A stretch of 64,000 nucleotides of DNA, from the IMG/VR virus record IMGVR_UViG_3300048850_000068, positions 1 through 64,000 of that record. One strand, 5' to 3'. The translations under genes and the position numbers were made by a program. The notes under the pieces are model-generated. The model did no database searches, was not told where the DNA came from, and worked only from the letters and a program-made list of their open reading frames with translations. Positions within the stretch are counted from its first letter, which is position 1. Each line of letters begins with the position of its first letter. Source of the stretch: a virus. Shown here piece by piece: positions 34,549 to 43,420 of the stretch.

Positions 34549-35972
34549 GCTGCATCCTTCAGGTTTTCGTCCTTGTCGTCGCGGAAGCGCACAAAGCGCG
34601 GGTGGCGCAATGAGCCGTCCGGAGTGATCTCGTGAAACTCGATCTCAGCGAGACGCCCGAGCACCTGGCGCCCTGCCCCGCCGCGGTATAGAACCTTGTT
34701 CTTCTCAGTGACGGGTGTCACGCCGGCGCTGTCGGCGCGCAGCAGCGGCTCGAGCTCCTCGCGCTCATGCTCCTTGAACCCGCCGCCGATCTTGACCTCG
34801 ACCATCTTGCCTTCGTGCTCGCGCTCGACCAGCAATCCGCCGAACTTGCCTTCCAGCTTCGTTCCAGCCTCGCCCTCGAACCAGCCGGTGATGCGCAGAT
34901 CCTCGGTCTCCTCGGCCTTCATCTTCATCCAGAGGAAGCCCTTCGACTTGACGTAGTGCGCATCGAGTGGCTTCACCATCGCGCCCTCGAGGCCGTTGGC
35001 GCGGTGCTCCTCGTAGATCGCCTGAATCTCCTCGTGGCTGTTCGCCAGGCGCAGGTCCGTCATCTTGACGATGAGGCCTTCCGGAGCGAAGCCCGCAATG
35101 AACTCGGCGAACTTGCGCCGCGCCTTGAACGGAATCTTGATCTCGTTCTCGGACGAGGTTGCGAGATTGTAGGGCAGCGCGTCGAACAGGTTGATAATGG
35201 CGTTCTCGGCGTCGGCGCTCTTGCGGCGCACCTCTCCGGACGCCTCGTTGAAATGCCCGCCGGTAGTGATCTCAGCGTCGAGGGCAGCCGTTGCGCCCCG
35301 AGCTCCGAGCATCTTAGCGTAGAGCTCCATCAGCTTGTCGCCCGGAGCCTTCTCGACCGCAGTCTTAGCCGCAGCGCGCACCATCTCTGCGATCAGATCC
35401 GACAGATAGTCGAGCGAGGGAATGTGATTGCCGACGCGCGTGAATCCCTTTGCCGCGCCGTCCTTGACCAGGAACATCGCCCGCATGCCATCGAGCTTGG
35501 GCTCGACCGCGACCGGGAACACCTTCACGCGCTTCTCCTCGTAGGGCTTGGAGAGCATGACGTCGAAGGTCGGGATCGTGCCAGGCATGACCCGGTTGAC
35601 CGTGTTCTTCGAGAAGCCGGCGCGCAGGTCCTTCTTGAGGATGCGCCACAGGAGCTCGCTCGACTTAGGCTCGAGGTCCTCGAGGATGTTCTTGACCGCA
35701 GTCTTCGCGGCCGCGCCGGTGAGCTCGCGCTTGGAGAGCTGGTGCAGCATCACCCACGGCTGCGGGGAAATCTCGTCGAAGCTCCGGGAGCCGAACGTCT
35801 TCGACTTCGTGGGCGTCAGCCCGAAGGTGATGAAGGGGTCGAGAGCTGCCTTCACAACCTGGCGCGCGAGCTCGGATTCGCCGAGAAGCGCCTCGACGAG
35901 TTCCGCCTTGGCGGATGTTGAGGACGTGGCCGCGATCTGGTCGATGCGGTCTAAAAGATCGGTCGAGTTCAT
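34545..35972 (-). CDS. ATP-dependent DNA ligase
   Basis: EPKLDGMR, LDAEI, EGAMVK, WMKMK, GSLRHPRF. Confidence 0.92.
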   Translation of the reverse strand: MNSTDLLDRIDQIAATSSTSAKAELVEALLGESELARQVVKAALDPFITFGLTPTKSKTFGSRSFDEISPQPWVMLHQLSKRELTGAAAKTAVKNILEDLEPKSSELLWRILKKDLRAGFSKNTVNRVMPGTIPTFDVMLSKPYEEKRVKVFPVAVEPKLDGMRAMFLVKDGAAKGFTRVGNHIPSLDYLSDLIAEMVRAAAKTAVEKAPGDKLMELYAKMLGARGATAALDAEITTGGHFNEASGEVRRKSADAENAIINLFDALPYNLATSSENEIKIPFKARRKFAEFIAGFAPEGLIVKMTDLRLANSHEEIQAIYEEHRANGLEGAMVKPLDAHYVKSKGFLWMKMKAEETEDLRITGWFEGEAGTKLEGKFGGLLVEREHEGKMVEVKIGGGFKEHEREELEPLLRADSAGVTPVTEKNKVLYRGGAGRQVLGRLAEIEFHEITPDGSLRHPRFVRFRDDKDENLKDAA

Positions 35973-36193
35973 ACGAGTTCCGATACCTGCTTGACGGTGA
36001 GAGACTTGCCCGTGAGGGCGGTGAAGATGAAGGCGGCATTCATGGCGAGCTCGACCCGCTCACCTCCGTTGCCTTCGGCGCCCTGCTGAAGACCTGAAAT
36101 GATCTCCAGCGAGCGTTCGAGCTTGCGGTGCAGGTCATAGGCCTGAGCCATCGACCGCTCACCGTCGCCCATGAAGATCTGACGGCTCGTCAT
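35969..36193 (-). CDS. Hypothetical protein
   Basis: Overlap-coupled ORF. Confidence 0.45.
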   Translation of the reverse strand: MTSRQIFMGDGERSMAQAYDLHRKLERSLEIISGLQQGAEGNGGERVELAMNAAFIFTALTGKSLTVKQVSELV

Positions 36194-36873
36194 GCTGCGC
36201 TCTGCTGTTGGCGGGCGAGACGTGCTCGCTCAAGAAGGGAAAGGGTCGTTCCCGCGGCTGGGGCGGTCACAGGCGGCGTTGCCGGCTTCGGCTGGGGCTT
36301 CGGGGCTTCTGCGACCGGAGCAGCTTCTACGGGCTTGTTTTGCGGGGTCTGGGCCGCGGCATTGATTGCGGCCGACATATCGCCGGCCGTGGCTGCTGCA
36401 ATCGCGTCATCCTTGACGGGCTTCGAAGCCGCGGGCTTCTCGGGCGCCTTGACGTCCTCGAGCCGGGTCGTGCTCGCCTTGGTGCGCGGCACCGCGGCCT
36501 TCATGTCGTTCGACGCCGTGAGGAGCTCGCGCTCGCGATCGGAGACGCCGAACTTGTCCATCGTGCGGCCCTGGACCTGGACCGGGGCGATGCGCTCGAG
36601 GATGTGCTTCGGCCAGGGCAGGGTCTTGGGCTCGGTCGAATGGATCGGATCGTCGTCCGTGCGCTCCATATGCTTGACCAGATGATAGACCGGGCACTTG
36701 GAATCAGTCAGCGCTGCCTGACAACCGCGCCGAACATCGAGCCGCTTCCCCTTCCAGAGTTCGTCCCGGAGCGCCAGGCACGCCGAGATCTTGCTCTCGA
36801 CATTGAACACCGGGCAGGTGATGCAGGCCTGGTTCTCGCGGGCCAGGGTCTTTTTCAGTCCGAACGACGCCAT
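36190..36873 (-). CDS. Hypothetical Cys-containing protein
   Basis: TCPV..AC..RRGCQA...KCP; Pro/Ala-rich tail. Confidence 0.55.
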   Translation of the reverse strand: MASFGLKKTLARENQACITCPVFNVESKISACLALRDELWKGKRLDVRRGCQAALTDSKCPVYHLVKHMERTDDDPIHSTEPKTLPWPKHILERIAPVQVQGRTMDKFGVSDRERELLTASNDMKAAVPRTKASTTRLEDVKAPEKPAASKPVKDDAIAAATAGDMSAAINAAAQTPQNKPVEAAPVAEAPKPQPKPATPPVTAPAAGTTLSLLERARLARQQQSAA

Positions 36874-37379
36874 TAGAACATTCCCCACATCGGATTGTTT
36901 TCGATCTGCTGCTCGGGCGTGAGCACTTCCTCGGGCAGCGGGATCGGCTTCTTGTCCTTCTTCTTGAAGGTGCCGTCCTTCTGCTGCTCGAACTCGACCT
37001 CCTCGGGCGCCCGTGCGCCGGCGGTGTTGATACCGGGCAGGATGAACTTGAGATCAGCCGGCGACATTTGTGCGAGATACTGTGTGCCAAGCGCCTTCTT
37101 GAGCGCGGTCTCATCGTTGATCACGAGATTGTCGTCGCGGAAATGATCGCGGTATTCGCCCTCGAACTTCTCGCGATACTTCTTGTCGAACAGGGATTGC
37201 GCGTGGCTCTGCGTCGTCGCCTGAACCTTCAGGCTGCCGAACTTGCCGGCCTTGCCGAAGCGCTCGATGTAGAGCGCTTTGCCGCTGTCGGACGTCAGAA
37301 CGAGGACAAGGTGATACTCCTTTCCTCCCGACACGGACTGGGCCCGTGCCGACTTCTTGATGACTGTCATGGGGAACAT
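36873..37379 (-). CDS. WGR-like domain protein, C-terminal NNPMWGMF
   Basis: KEYHL...YIERFGKAGKFG...A...FDKK.REK...Y resembles the WGR fold. Confidence 0.5.
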   Translation of the reverse strand: MFPMTVIKKSARAQSVSGGKEYHLVLVLTSDSGKALYIERFGKAGKFGSLKVQATTQSHAQSLFDKKYREKFEGEYRDHFRDDNLVINDETALKKALGTQYLAQMSPADLKFILPGINTAGARAPEEVEFEQQKDGTFKKKDKKPIPLPEEVLTPEQQIENNPMWGMF

Positions 37380-37415
37380 GACTGTCTCCTCTCTCTTGCT
37401 GTGTGCTAAGTCTGT

Positions 37416-37440
37416 TATAGCGATTTCTAAGCGGATATTA
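37416..37440 (-). promoter_or_regulatory. Phage promoter-like motif
   Basis: TAATATCCG-N10-GCTATA. Confidence 0.5.
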
Positions 37441-38599
37441 AGTCAGTTCTGACTGGATTATTCAGGCGACGCTCAGCCGCTTCAGCGTCGGCATAGGGGT
37501 TCTTGAGCATCCACTTCATCGCCAGGGCCGGCGTGTAGGTGTGTGCCTTCCAGAACGCCTCGCAAACCACCTCGGGCAGCACCTCGTTCGGGTCCTTCTT
37601 GTAAGGAAGTAACGCGATCTTTGACCGCACCCCGATCTTGCGCACCTTGTCGGCCGCTTCCAGGACAGCGCTGATCACCTTGGGCTCGCCGTCCCACATG
37701 AAGGTGAGCTCCTCGAGGCCGTGCGCCTTGAGCTGCAGGATGCGGCCGAGCTGGTCGTCGCCGTCGAGCGAGCCGTAGCTCAGGTGCTTGCCGAAGGTGC
37801 CGACGGCTGCCACGTCGCGCAGGTCAACCTGGGTATCCAGCGCCTTCTTGATGGAGAACACGTCGAAGGCACCCTCCCCGGCACAGGCACGCTTGGCCCG
37901 GAGTGCGTTTTGCCCGTTATACAAATACTTGCCCGTTCCAGGCAGGCCCTTGGGGAACCGGTATTTCTCATCCGACGTGCCGGTGATGTCGCGGCCCTGG
38001 AAGGTCTTGAGCTCGCCGTCGAGATCGAAGACCGGGATGATCACGCGGTTGTCGAACTTCTGCCCGCCCTGAGAGCCGTCGTCCTTCTGGTAGTTCCACC
38101 AGCCCTCGATGCAGAAGCGCAGATGGAAGTATTTCGCCAGGTCGGCGTCAATGCCGCGGGTCTCGAGGTATTGCAGATTGCGCCCGTCGGCCGTCGGCAG
38201 CGGGAAAGACAGCGGCAGCTTGACCTCGCCCACCTCGACGGCAGCCGTGGTCAGACGCTTCGGGCGCCAGCCCTGATCTTTCAGCGCCTCGACCACATGC
38301 TCGCGGGTCTGACGCCAGCCGTCCTTTTCATCCGGATCACCGTGGAGATAGGTGTGAATGAACGACAGCTTGCCCCGGAAGCGGGTGTTGCAGACGAAGC
38401 AGTTGCCGACGCCCGATTCCGCGTTGAGATAGACCCTGGAGCGCTTGTCGCCGCACGATTGCACCGGACAGGCCTCGGCATTGATCTGCATGCCAGAGGA
38501 GCCCCGCGAGAGCTTGTAGGACAGGCTCTCGCGGTCGAACCAGGATTCCAGGTCGAGCTCTTCCTCGAGCTCCTTCCAGGTCGGCCCGTTGTTGCTCAT
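37427..38599 (-). CDS. DNA primase (Zn finger + TOPRIM)
   Basis: CPVQSC...CFVC, RVIIPV, FQGR, KY, GEGAFD, MWDGE, KDPNE. Confidence 0.85.
   Translation of the reverse strand: MSNNGPTWKELEEELDLESWFDRESLSYKLSRGSSGMQINAEACPVQSCGDKRSRVYLNAESGVGNCFVCNTRFRGKLSFIHTYLHGDPDEKDGWRQTREHVVEALKDQGWRPKRLTTAAVEVGEVKLPLSFPLPTADGRNLQYLETRGIDADLAKYFHLRFCIEGWWNYQKDDGSQGGQKFDNRVIIPVFDLDGELKTFQGRDITGTSDEKYRFPKGLPGTGKYLYNGQNALRAKRACAGEGAFDVFSIKKALDTQVDLRDVAAVGTFGKHLSYGSLDGDDQLGRILQLKAHGLEELTFMWDGEPKVISAVLEAADKVRKIGVRSKIALLPYKKDPNEVLPEVVCEAFWKAHTYTPALAMKWMLKNPYADAEAAERRLNNPVRTDLISA
37439..37456. promoter_or_regulatory. 18-bp palindromic site inside the primase 3' end
   Basis: TAAGTCAGTTCTGACTGG. Confidence 0.65.
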
Positions 38600-38817
38600 G
38601 TGAAGGCTCCCGGATAGGTGGCGTAGCGCAAGAGCTTGCCCTCGGCTGAATAAGCCAGATTTGCCGCGTCAGAGGGCGAGGCGTCGATCCATTCCAGGGT
38701 GCGGAAGGTGCCGTGCATATCACCCCGGTAGCTGATCTCGACTTGGAGCACCTGGACCCGCTTGCGCGAAAACAAGTGCTTGCGCCGTTCGACGAACCTG
38801 AAACGTCCGGTCCTCAT
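38596..38817 (-). CDS. Small hypothetical protein
   Basis: Coupled between helicase and primase. Confidence 0.5.
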   Translation of the reverse strand: MRTGRFRFVERRKHLFSRKRVQVLQVEISYRGDMHGTFRTLEWIDASPSDAANLAYSAEGKLLRYATYPGAFT

Positions 38818-40187
38818 GCGCTTTCCTTCCCGAGGAACTTGGTGAGGAACTGCATCTTGGCGCGGTCCTGCTGGATGCGCAGCACGAACTCGCCCTCGGT
38901 GTTACGGGACGCGGCGAAGAACAGCCGCGCCTCGCCGATCTGCTTCTCGGCCGAGGTGGCGTTGATCGTGATGACGATATCGGCCGTGCGGATACGGTTG
39001 TAGTCTTCGGCCACGTCCGTTGCCTTGGCGATCGAGGCCTTGGCGCCGTCACGGTTGGTCTGCGTCGCAGTGAGCACGGCGGCGTTGTTCTCGAAGGCCA
39101 CGGCGCGCAGATCCACATAGATCTGGCGTGAGGCTTCGCGCAGCTCGTCCTGCACCCGCTCCGGCATCATCAGGTCGGCGTAATCGACGATGATGAGGTC
39201 GAAGATGATGCCCTTGGTCCGGTAGCGCTCGATCAGGCGACGGAGCTGCGACACCTTGAAGGTGCCGGACGCGAACTCGTGGATCTTGAGCAGGCCGGAC
39301 TTTGCCTTGATCTTACGGATCTCGTCACGGACCGCATTCGGCTTGTCCTTGAGCACCTTCATCATGGTGTTGGACAGCTTCGCGTCGAGACGATCGCCGA
39401 TGATGCGCTTGCCCACTTCGAGCGTGATGCCGAGCACGTTGTAGCCGGCCATCGACGCCATCGCGCCGTGATCCCACAGCGCAATCGACTTGCCCGACTT
39501 GGCCGGGCCCATGTAGAGCGAAAGCTCTTTACGGCCCCATCCGCCGTGAATGAGCTCCTTGTCGAGATCCGGATAGCCGGTAGTGATGCCGTCGGGCTTG
39601 ATCGTGCCGCAAGCGACCGCGATGCGGTGCTCGGTGCGGGCCTCGACCTCCTCGAAGTAATCGTATTCGCCGATATCCTCGGCCGTGCCCACCAGGCCCG
39701 CCTTCTGGACGTCTCTGATCACGTCCTCGAAGCGCCCGCGTTGCCAGTTTGCCACGCCGTCGGTGAGTGCCTTCTCGAAGGCCCGATACCGGGCGAACTT
39801 GCCAACCTCGTCGATCACGAAGTCGCGGTCCGAGATATCCTGCTGAAGCGCCAGCTTGACCCGGTCCTTGACCTCGGCGACGAGATCCGAGCGGATCTTC
39901 TTCGACTGGATCGCGTCCTTCAGGATGACGCCGATCGAACCCCGGTCCGGCGCCTTCTTGTAGGTCTTAAAGTGATCGAGCGCCACCTTGACGATCGCGC
40001 CGTCGGCGTCGTTCTCGAGGAAGCTCGGGTCGATCAGGCCGTCGGTGCGGTTGACGAACACCGTGTCGCGCAGGGTGAGCGCCACGATCTTCGATTGGAA
40101 CTCGTCGTCGAACTCATAGGTCGAGGTTGCGAGACCCTGATCCTCGTCCTCGTCGTCATTGGCTGCAACTGCGGCGGAAGCGGCCAT
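38814..40187 (-). CDS. DnaB-like replicative helicase
   Basis: TTGYPDLD, GPAKSGKS, TLE, IIVDYADL, TATQTNR. Confidence 0.9.
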   Translation of the reverse strand: MAASAAVAANDDEDEDQGLATSTYEFDDEFQSKIVALTLRDTVFVNRTDGLIDPSFLENDADGAIVKVALDHFKTYKKAPDRGSIGVILKDAIQSKKIRSDLVAEVKDRVKLALQQDISDRDFVIDEVGKFARYRAFEKALTDGVANWQRGRFEDVIRDVQKAGLVGTAEDIGEYDYFEEVEARTEHRIAVACGTIKPDGITTGYPDLDKELIHGGWGRKELSLYMGPAKSGKSIALWDHGAMASMAGYNVLGITLEVGKRIIGDRLDAKLSNTMMKVLKDKPNAVRDEIRKIKAKSGLLKIHEFASGTFKVSQLRRLIERYRTKGIIFDLIIVDYADLMMPERVQDELREASRQIYVDLRAVAFENNAAVLTATQTNRDGAKASIAKATDVAEDYNRIRTADIVITINATSAEKQIGEARLFFAASRNTEGEFVLRIQQDRAKMQFLTKFLGKESA

Positions 40188-40474
40188 TACACGATCTCCT
40201 CGTAGCCGGCCAATCCTGACTTAAAGTAAGTCACTACTGACTTACGACCCTCAACAAGCCTTTCGAGCTTCAGGGTGTAGGCGTCCGTCTGCACGAGAAC
40301 GCCCTCATGGACCGGGCGATTGAAGTCAGGCACGGCGCTGTAGAGACGCACGGGCCGGCCGACCAGGCTCTTAAGCTCGTCCTGGTGCGACCAGGGCTTT
40401 ACCTTGTAGGGCTTGCGCTCGTTCTTCTTCTCGACGATCAAATTGCGCCGTCCGTAATTATCACCAAATGCCAT
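40187..40474 (-). CDS. Hfq/LSm-like small protein
   Basis: QDEL...PVRLY...EGVLVQTDAYTLKL...TYFKSGL aligns by eye with the Hfq Sm1/Sm2 motifs. Confidence 0.55.
   Translation of the reverse strand: MAFGDNYGRRNLIVEKKNERKPYKVKPWSHQDELKSLVGRPVRLYSAVPDFNRPVHEGVLVQTDAYTLKLERLVEGRKSVVTYFKSGLAGYEEIV
40227..40244. promoter_or_regulatory. 18-bp palindromic site inside the Hfq-like CDS, upstream of the helicase
   Basis: TAAGTCACTACTGACTTA. Confidence 0.65.
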
Positions 40475-40506
40475 TGTTGTTCTCTTATGTTGCGCGTTGA
40501 TTTGAA

Positions 40507-40531
40507 TATAGCGAAGTAGAAGCGGATTAGA
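40507..40531 (-). promoter_or_regulatory. Phage promoter-like motif
   Basis: TCTAATCCG-N10-GCTATA. Confidence 0.55.
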
Positions 40532-40542
40532 ACAAGTATCTA

Positions 40543-41244
40543 TCAGGCTGCTTCAAGGACACGATTGAGATAATCTTGTCCGAAACGGGCCTTCACCTTG
40601 TCTTCCGGAAGCACCTGCTTGTCGTAGACCAACTGGTTGAGCAGATGGGTGGCGTTCCCGCGCTTCATCACCTGGGCCAGGATCCACTCGTGGTGATCGT
40701 CCTGAGCCTTGAGCCCCTGATAGAAGCTGTTGTGATAGTTCGGGTGGCGCGAGTAGAACAGAAACCCCTCCTGCCGGTCCTCCCACAGCGGCCCGATCTT
40801 GTCGGTGATCAGGTCCGAATACATGTGCGAGGGCTGCGGCAGACGATCCTGATTCCAGTAGCGGAGCTGAATGTCGAACGCGAGGTCGAGGAAGACGTCG
40901 TAGGGCATGCCGGCCGCGTCTGCGATCTGCCGGCCACGCCATACGGCGCTCATCTTCGGGCTCTTGTCGCCCGTGAACATTTCCTTGATCTTGATCGGCT
41001 GCACATACTCGGCCCGGGTGCGGTCGATCTCGCGACGATAATAGCGCCGATACGCCTTGGTGAACTCGTGGGCGTAGACATAGGTCGCCTGGACCGGATG
41101 CAGGAAGCGATAAGCGAACCACTTGCCGGTGAACAGGGCGGTCTCGACCGCGACCCAGTCCTTGCGCACATACTTCTGCATGTGTTCGTCGCAGGTGTCC
41201 GGATCGAGGTCGATGCCGTAGATAATGTCGTCGCCGAAGTCCAT
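40543..41244 (-). CDS. Hypothetical protein (aromatic-rich)
   Basis: 233-aa ORF, TAATG-coupled to phoH. Confidence 0.6.
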   Translation of the reverse strand: MDFGDDIIYGIDLDPDTCDEHMQKYVRKDWVAVETALFTGKWFAYRFLHPVQATYVYAHEFTKAYRRYYRREIDRTRAEYVQPIKIKEMFTGDKSPKMSAVWRGRQIADAAGMPYDVFLDLAFDIQLRYWNQDRLPQPSHMYSDLITDKIGPLWEDRQEGFLFYSRHPNYHNSFYQGLKAQDDHHEWILAQVMKRGNATHLLNQLVYDKQVLPEDKVKARFGQDYLNRVLEAA

Positions 41245-42092
41245 TATGATCCCAAAAAGCGCTGTAGGCCTGACTGAGCATCTTCGCTCTCAGTCGTGCT
41301 ATAGCGCTTTTCGGGCGGGCTGCATGAAGTCAATTCTGGCTCCTCGTAGGCTTCCACGATCGCCTGGCACATGCCGGAGCGCACGATATCCTCGCGGGAG
41401 AACTCGACCGCACCGATGCCCTTGATCCGGGCGAGACGCTTGACCGCATCGGCCAGGCCCGACTTCGAGGCGTCCGGCAGGTCGCACTGACGCACGTCGC
41501 CATTGATCAGGAACTTGGCGTTCTCACCGATACGCGACAGGAGCAGCTTGAACTGGCCCTTGGTGGCATTCTGCATCTCGTCCGCGATCACCCAGGCGTT
41601 CTTAAGCGTCGAGCCGCGCAGCAGCGCCATTGGGCGCCCTTCGATGACCTTGTTCTTGATCAGATACTCCAACTGACCGGCGCCGAAGAACTCCTCGAGG
41701 GCGTCGAGCACAGGACGGAAATAGGGATCAGTCTTTTCGGTCTCGTCGCCCGGCAGGAACCCGAGATCCTCTTCCTCGGCCGCGACGATCGGGCGAGTGA
41801 AGATGATCTTCTCGGTCTCGCCCTTCTGCAGAGCCTCGCAGGCGCGCATCACCTCGAGCCAGGTCTTGCCGGTGCCGGCCGGACCCGTGGCGAAGACGAT
41901 GGTGTTGACGGCAATGGCGGTGTCGAGCTGGCGCTGGGTTTCGTTCAGAGGTTCGATAGCACGCTTGTTCGGCTTGCGCGGCCGGCGCGTGATCTCCTCG
42001 TGCTGAGCAATCTGAATGAGAGGGTCGTGGTTCTTCTTACGGCCGTCGCGGCGCTTCATACGATTTGCGGCGCGATCCTTCGGGTTGCCCAT
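41244..42092 (-). CDS. phoH: PhoH-family ATPase
   Basis: GPAGTGKT, LGFLPGD, RGST, DEMQN, SRIGE, GD..QCD, DIVRS. Confidence 0.92.
   Translation of the reverse strand: MGNPKDRAANRMKRRDGRKKNHDPLIQIAQHEEITRRPRKPNKRAIEPLNETQRQLDTAIAVNTIVFATGPAGTGKTWLEVMRACEALQKGETEKIIFTRPIVAAEEEDLGFLPGDETEKTDPYFRPVLDALEEFFGAGQLEYLIKNKVIEGRPMALLRGSTLKNAWVIADEMQNATKGQFKLLLSRIGENAKFLINGDVRQCDLPDASKSGLADAVKRLARIKGIGAVEFSREDIVRSGMCQAIVEAYEEPELTSCSPPEKRYSTTESEDAQSGLQRFLGS
41300..41324 (-). promoter_or_regulatory. Phage promoter-like motif inside the phoH 3' end
   Basis: TGCAGCCCG-N10-GCTATA. Confidence 0.45.
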
Positions 42093-42138
42093 TTTGGTCT
42101 CCAGAGAGTGAGGTGGTGTCTCTGGAGACCATGTTAGC

Positions 42139-42156
42139 TAAGTCAGTTCTGACTTA
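42139..42156. promoter_or_regulatory. 18-bp palindromic operator-like site
   Basis: TAAGTCAGTTCTGACTTA. Confidence 0.7.
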
Positions 42157-42168
42157 CCATTCTTGACT

Positions 42169-43287
42169 TTAAGAAAGTCCGCGCTCCTTGCGCAGCATGT
42201 CGAGATGCTTCACCCCTTCATACATATCATCGAAGAACAGGGTGCGACCATTCGCCGGATCGTGGATCGTCAGCGGGGTCAGGAACGGCTGCTGCGGCCG
42301 GAAGTGTTCGCGCCGGGCATAGCCATCGATCGTCTTGTAGGCGCCGAGCTGCACGCCATGGACAGCCTTGCTCTCGCCCATCCAGCGCTTCTCGTAGGTC
42401 ACGTGGCCGGCCTGGTGAATGTGCCCGCCCCAGATCACGTCCTCGCCTTCCCAGCGCTCGAGGATGTGGACCGCAATCGAGTGCATCGGGTTGAACCGGC
42501 TCATGCCCTTATACTTGTGCCGCGCCAGGTGCGTGAACTGCGTGCCTTCCGGGGTCGTGAGCCGCACGCGCACCTCGTCCGTGTCATAGATCGCGCCCAG
42601 ACCGAAGCCTTCGAACAGCTTCTTCGTCACATCGACGCCGCCGGCTTCCGTCGACCAGTCCATGTGATTGCCCGAGATCGCAGCGACCAGCTTCGGGGCA
42701 AGAAGCGTCACATAGTATTCCAGCAGGCGCCAGGCGTCGCTGTGGCTCATGATATCCTTGCGGCGCTCGCGCTCGAGGCGCCCGACGATGAAGTTGTCGA
42801 GCCAGTCACCGATGCCGACGGCAAAGAGTGCCGGATGCTGGGCGATGAACTCGGCGTCCTGCAGGGCGCGGCTCAAGTTCGTGCCGAGATTGTTGAGGTG
42901 GTGATCCGGCAGGCCGACAACGGCGAACGGGCCCGGAACCTTGATCTTCACATCGATGATGTGCTTCGCCTGGTGGTAGGCGGCATAGTCCTGATTGATC
43001 TTGCTCACGCGGTCGATCAGGTCCTCGATCGGCTCGACATAGTCCGGCAGGATCGTGGTGATCTCGCGGCCCGAGATGCCGGCTTCCTTCTGGGTCTTCG
43101 AGGCCTTGCGGGTGACGAGCTCCGGCAGCGTCGTGTCGTTCTTCCGCAGGCGCCGCAGCACGGCTGCATAGTTCCGGACAGTCTGATACGAGTAGCCGAG
43201 GGACGCGGCGACGTCTGCCATGTGCGGGAACTGCGTGACGTCATTGTAGATCGCCGCAAACCGGACCCAGTCAATCGAGGTGCTCAT
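42169..43287 (-). CDS. N-terminal HTH + calcineurin-like metallophosphoesterase
   Basis: MADVAASLGYSYQTV HTH; PDHH, GDWLDN, GNH, RH, GHIH. Confidence 0.75.
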   Translation of the reverse strand: MSTSIDWVRFAAIYNDVTQFPHMADVAASLGYSYQTVRNYAAVLRRLRKNDTTLPELVTRKASKTQKEAGISGREITTILPDYVEPIEDLIDRVSKINQDYAAYHQAKHIIDVKIKVPGPFAVVGLPDHHLNNLGTNLSRALQDAEFIAQHPALFAVGIGDWLDNFIVGRLERERRKDIMSHSDAWRLLEYYVTLLAPKLVAAISGNHMDWSTEAGGVDVTKKLFEGFGLGAIYDTDEVRVRLTTPEGTQFTHLARHKYKGMSRFNPMHSIAVHILERWEGEDVIWGGHIHQAGHVTYEKRWMGESKAVHGVQLGAYKTIDGYARREHFRPQQPFLTPLTIHDPANGRTLFFDDMYEGVKHLDMLRKERGLS

Positions 43288-43303
43288 GTGTTTCTCTTTG
43301 GGT

Positions 43304-43321
43304 TAAGTCATTGCTGACTGA
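43304..43321. promoter_or_regulatory. 18-bp palindromic operator-like site
   Basis: TAAGTCATTGCTGACTGA. Confidence 0.65.
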
Positions 43322-43420
43322 GGAAGGAAAGCGACATTCCGGGGAATTCCCAAAGCCGTCGCGCTACTACTAGAAACTACTTAGTCATTACTTAAGACTG
43401 TAAGCGAAAGGCCCCGGGAA

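Noticed and set aside
36874-36888. Identical predicted N-termini 'MGNVLMA' in ORFs 8747-9103 and 36190-36888
   Set aside because: Artefact of upstream ATGs within the WGMF-coding overlap; the true starts are at 9088 and 36873.
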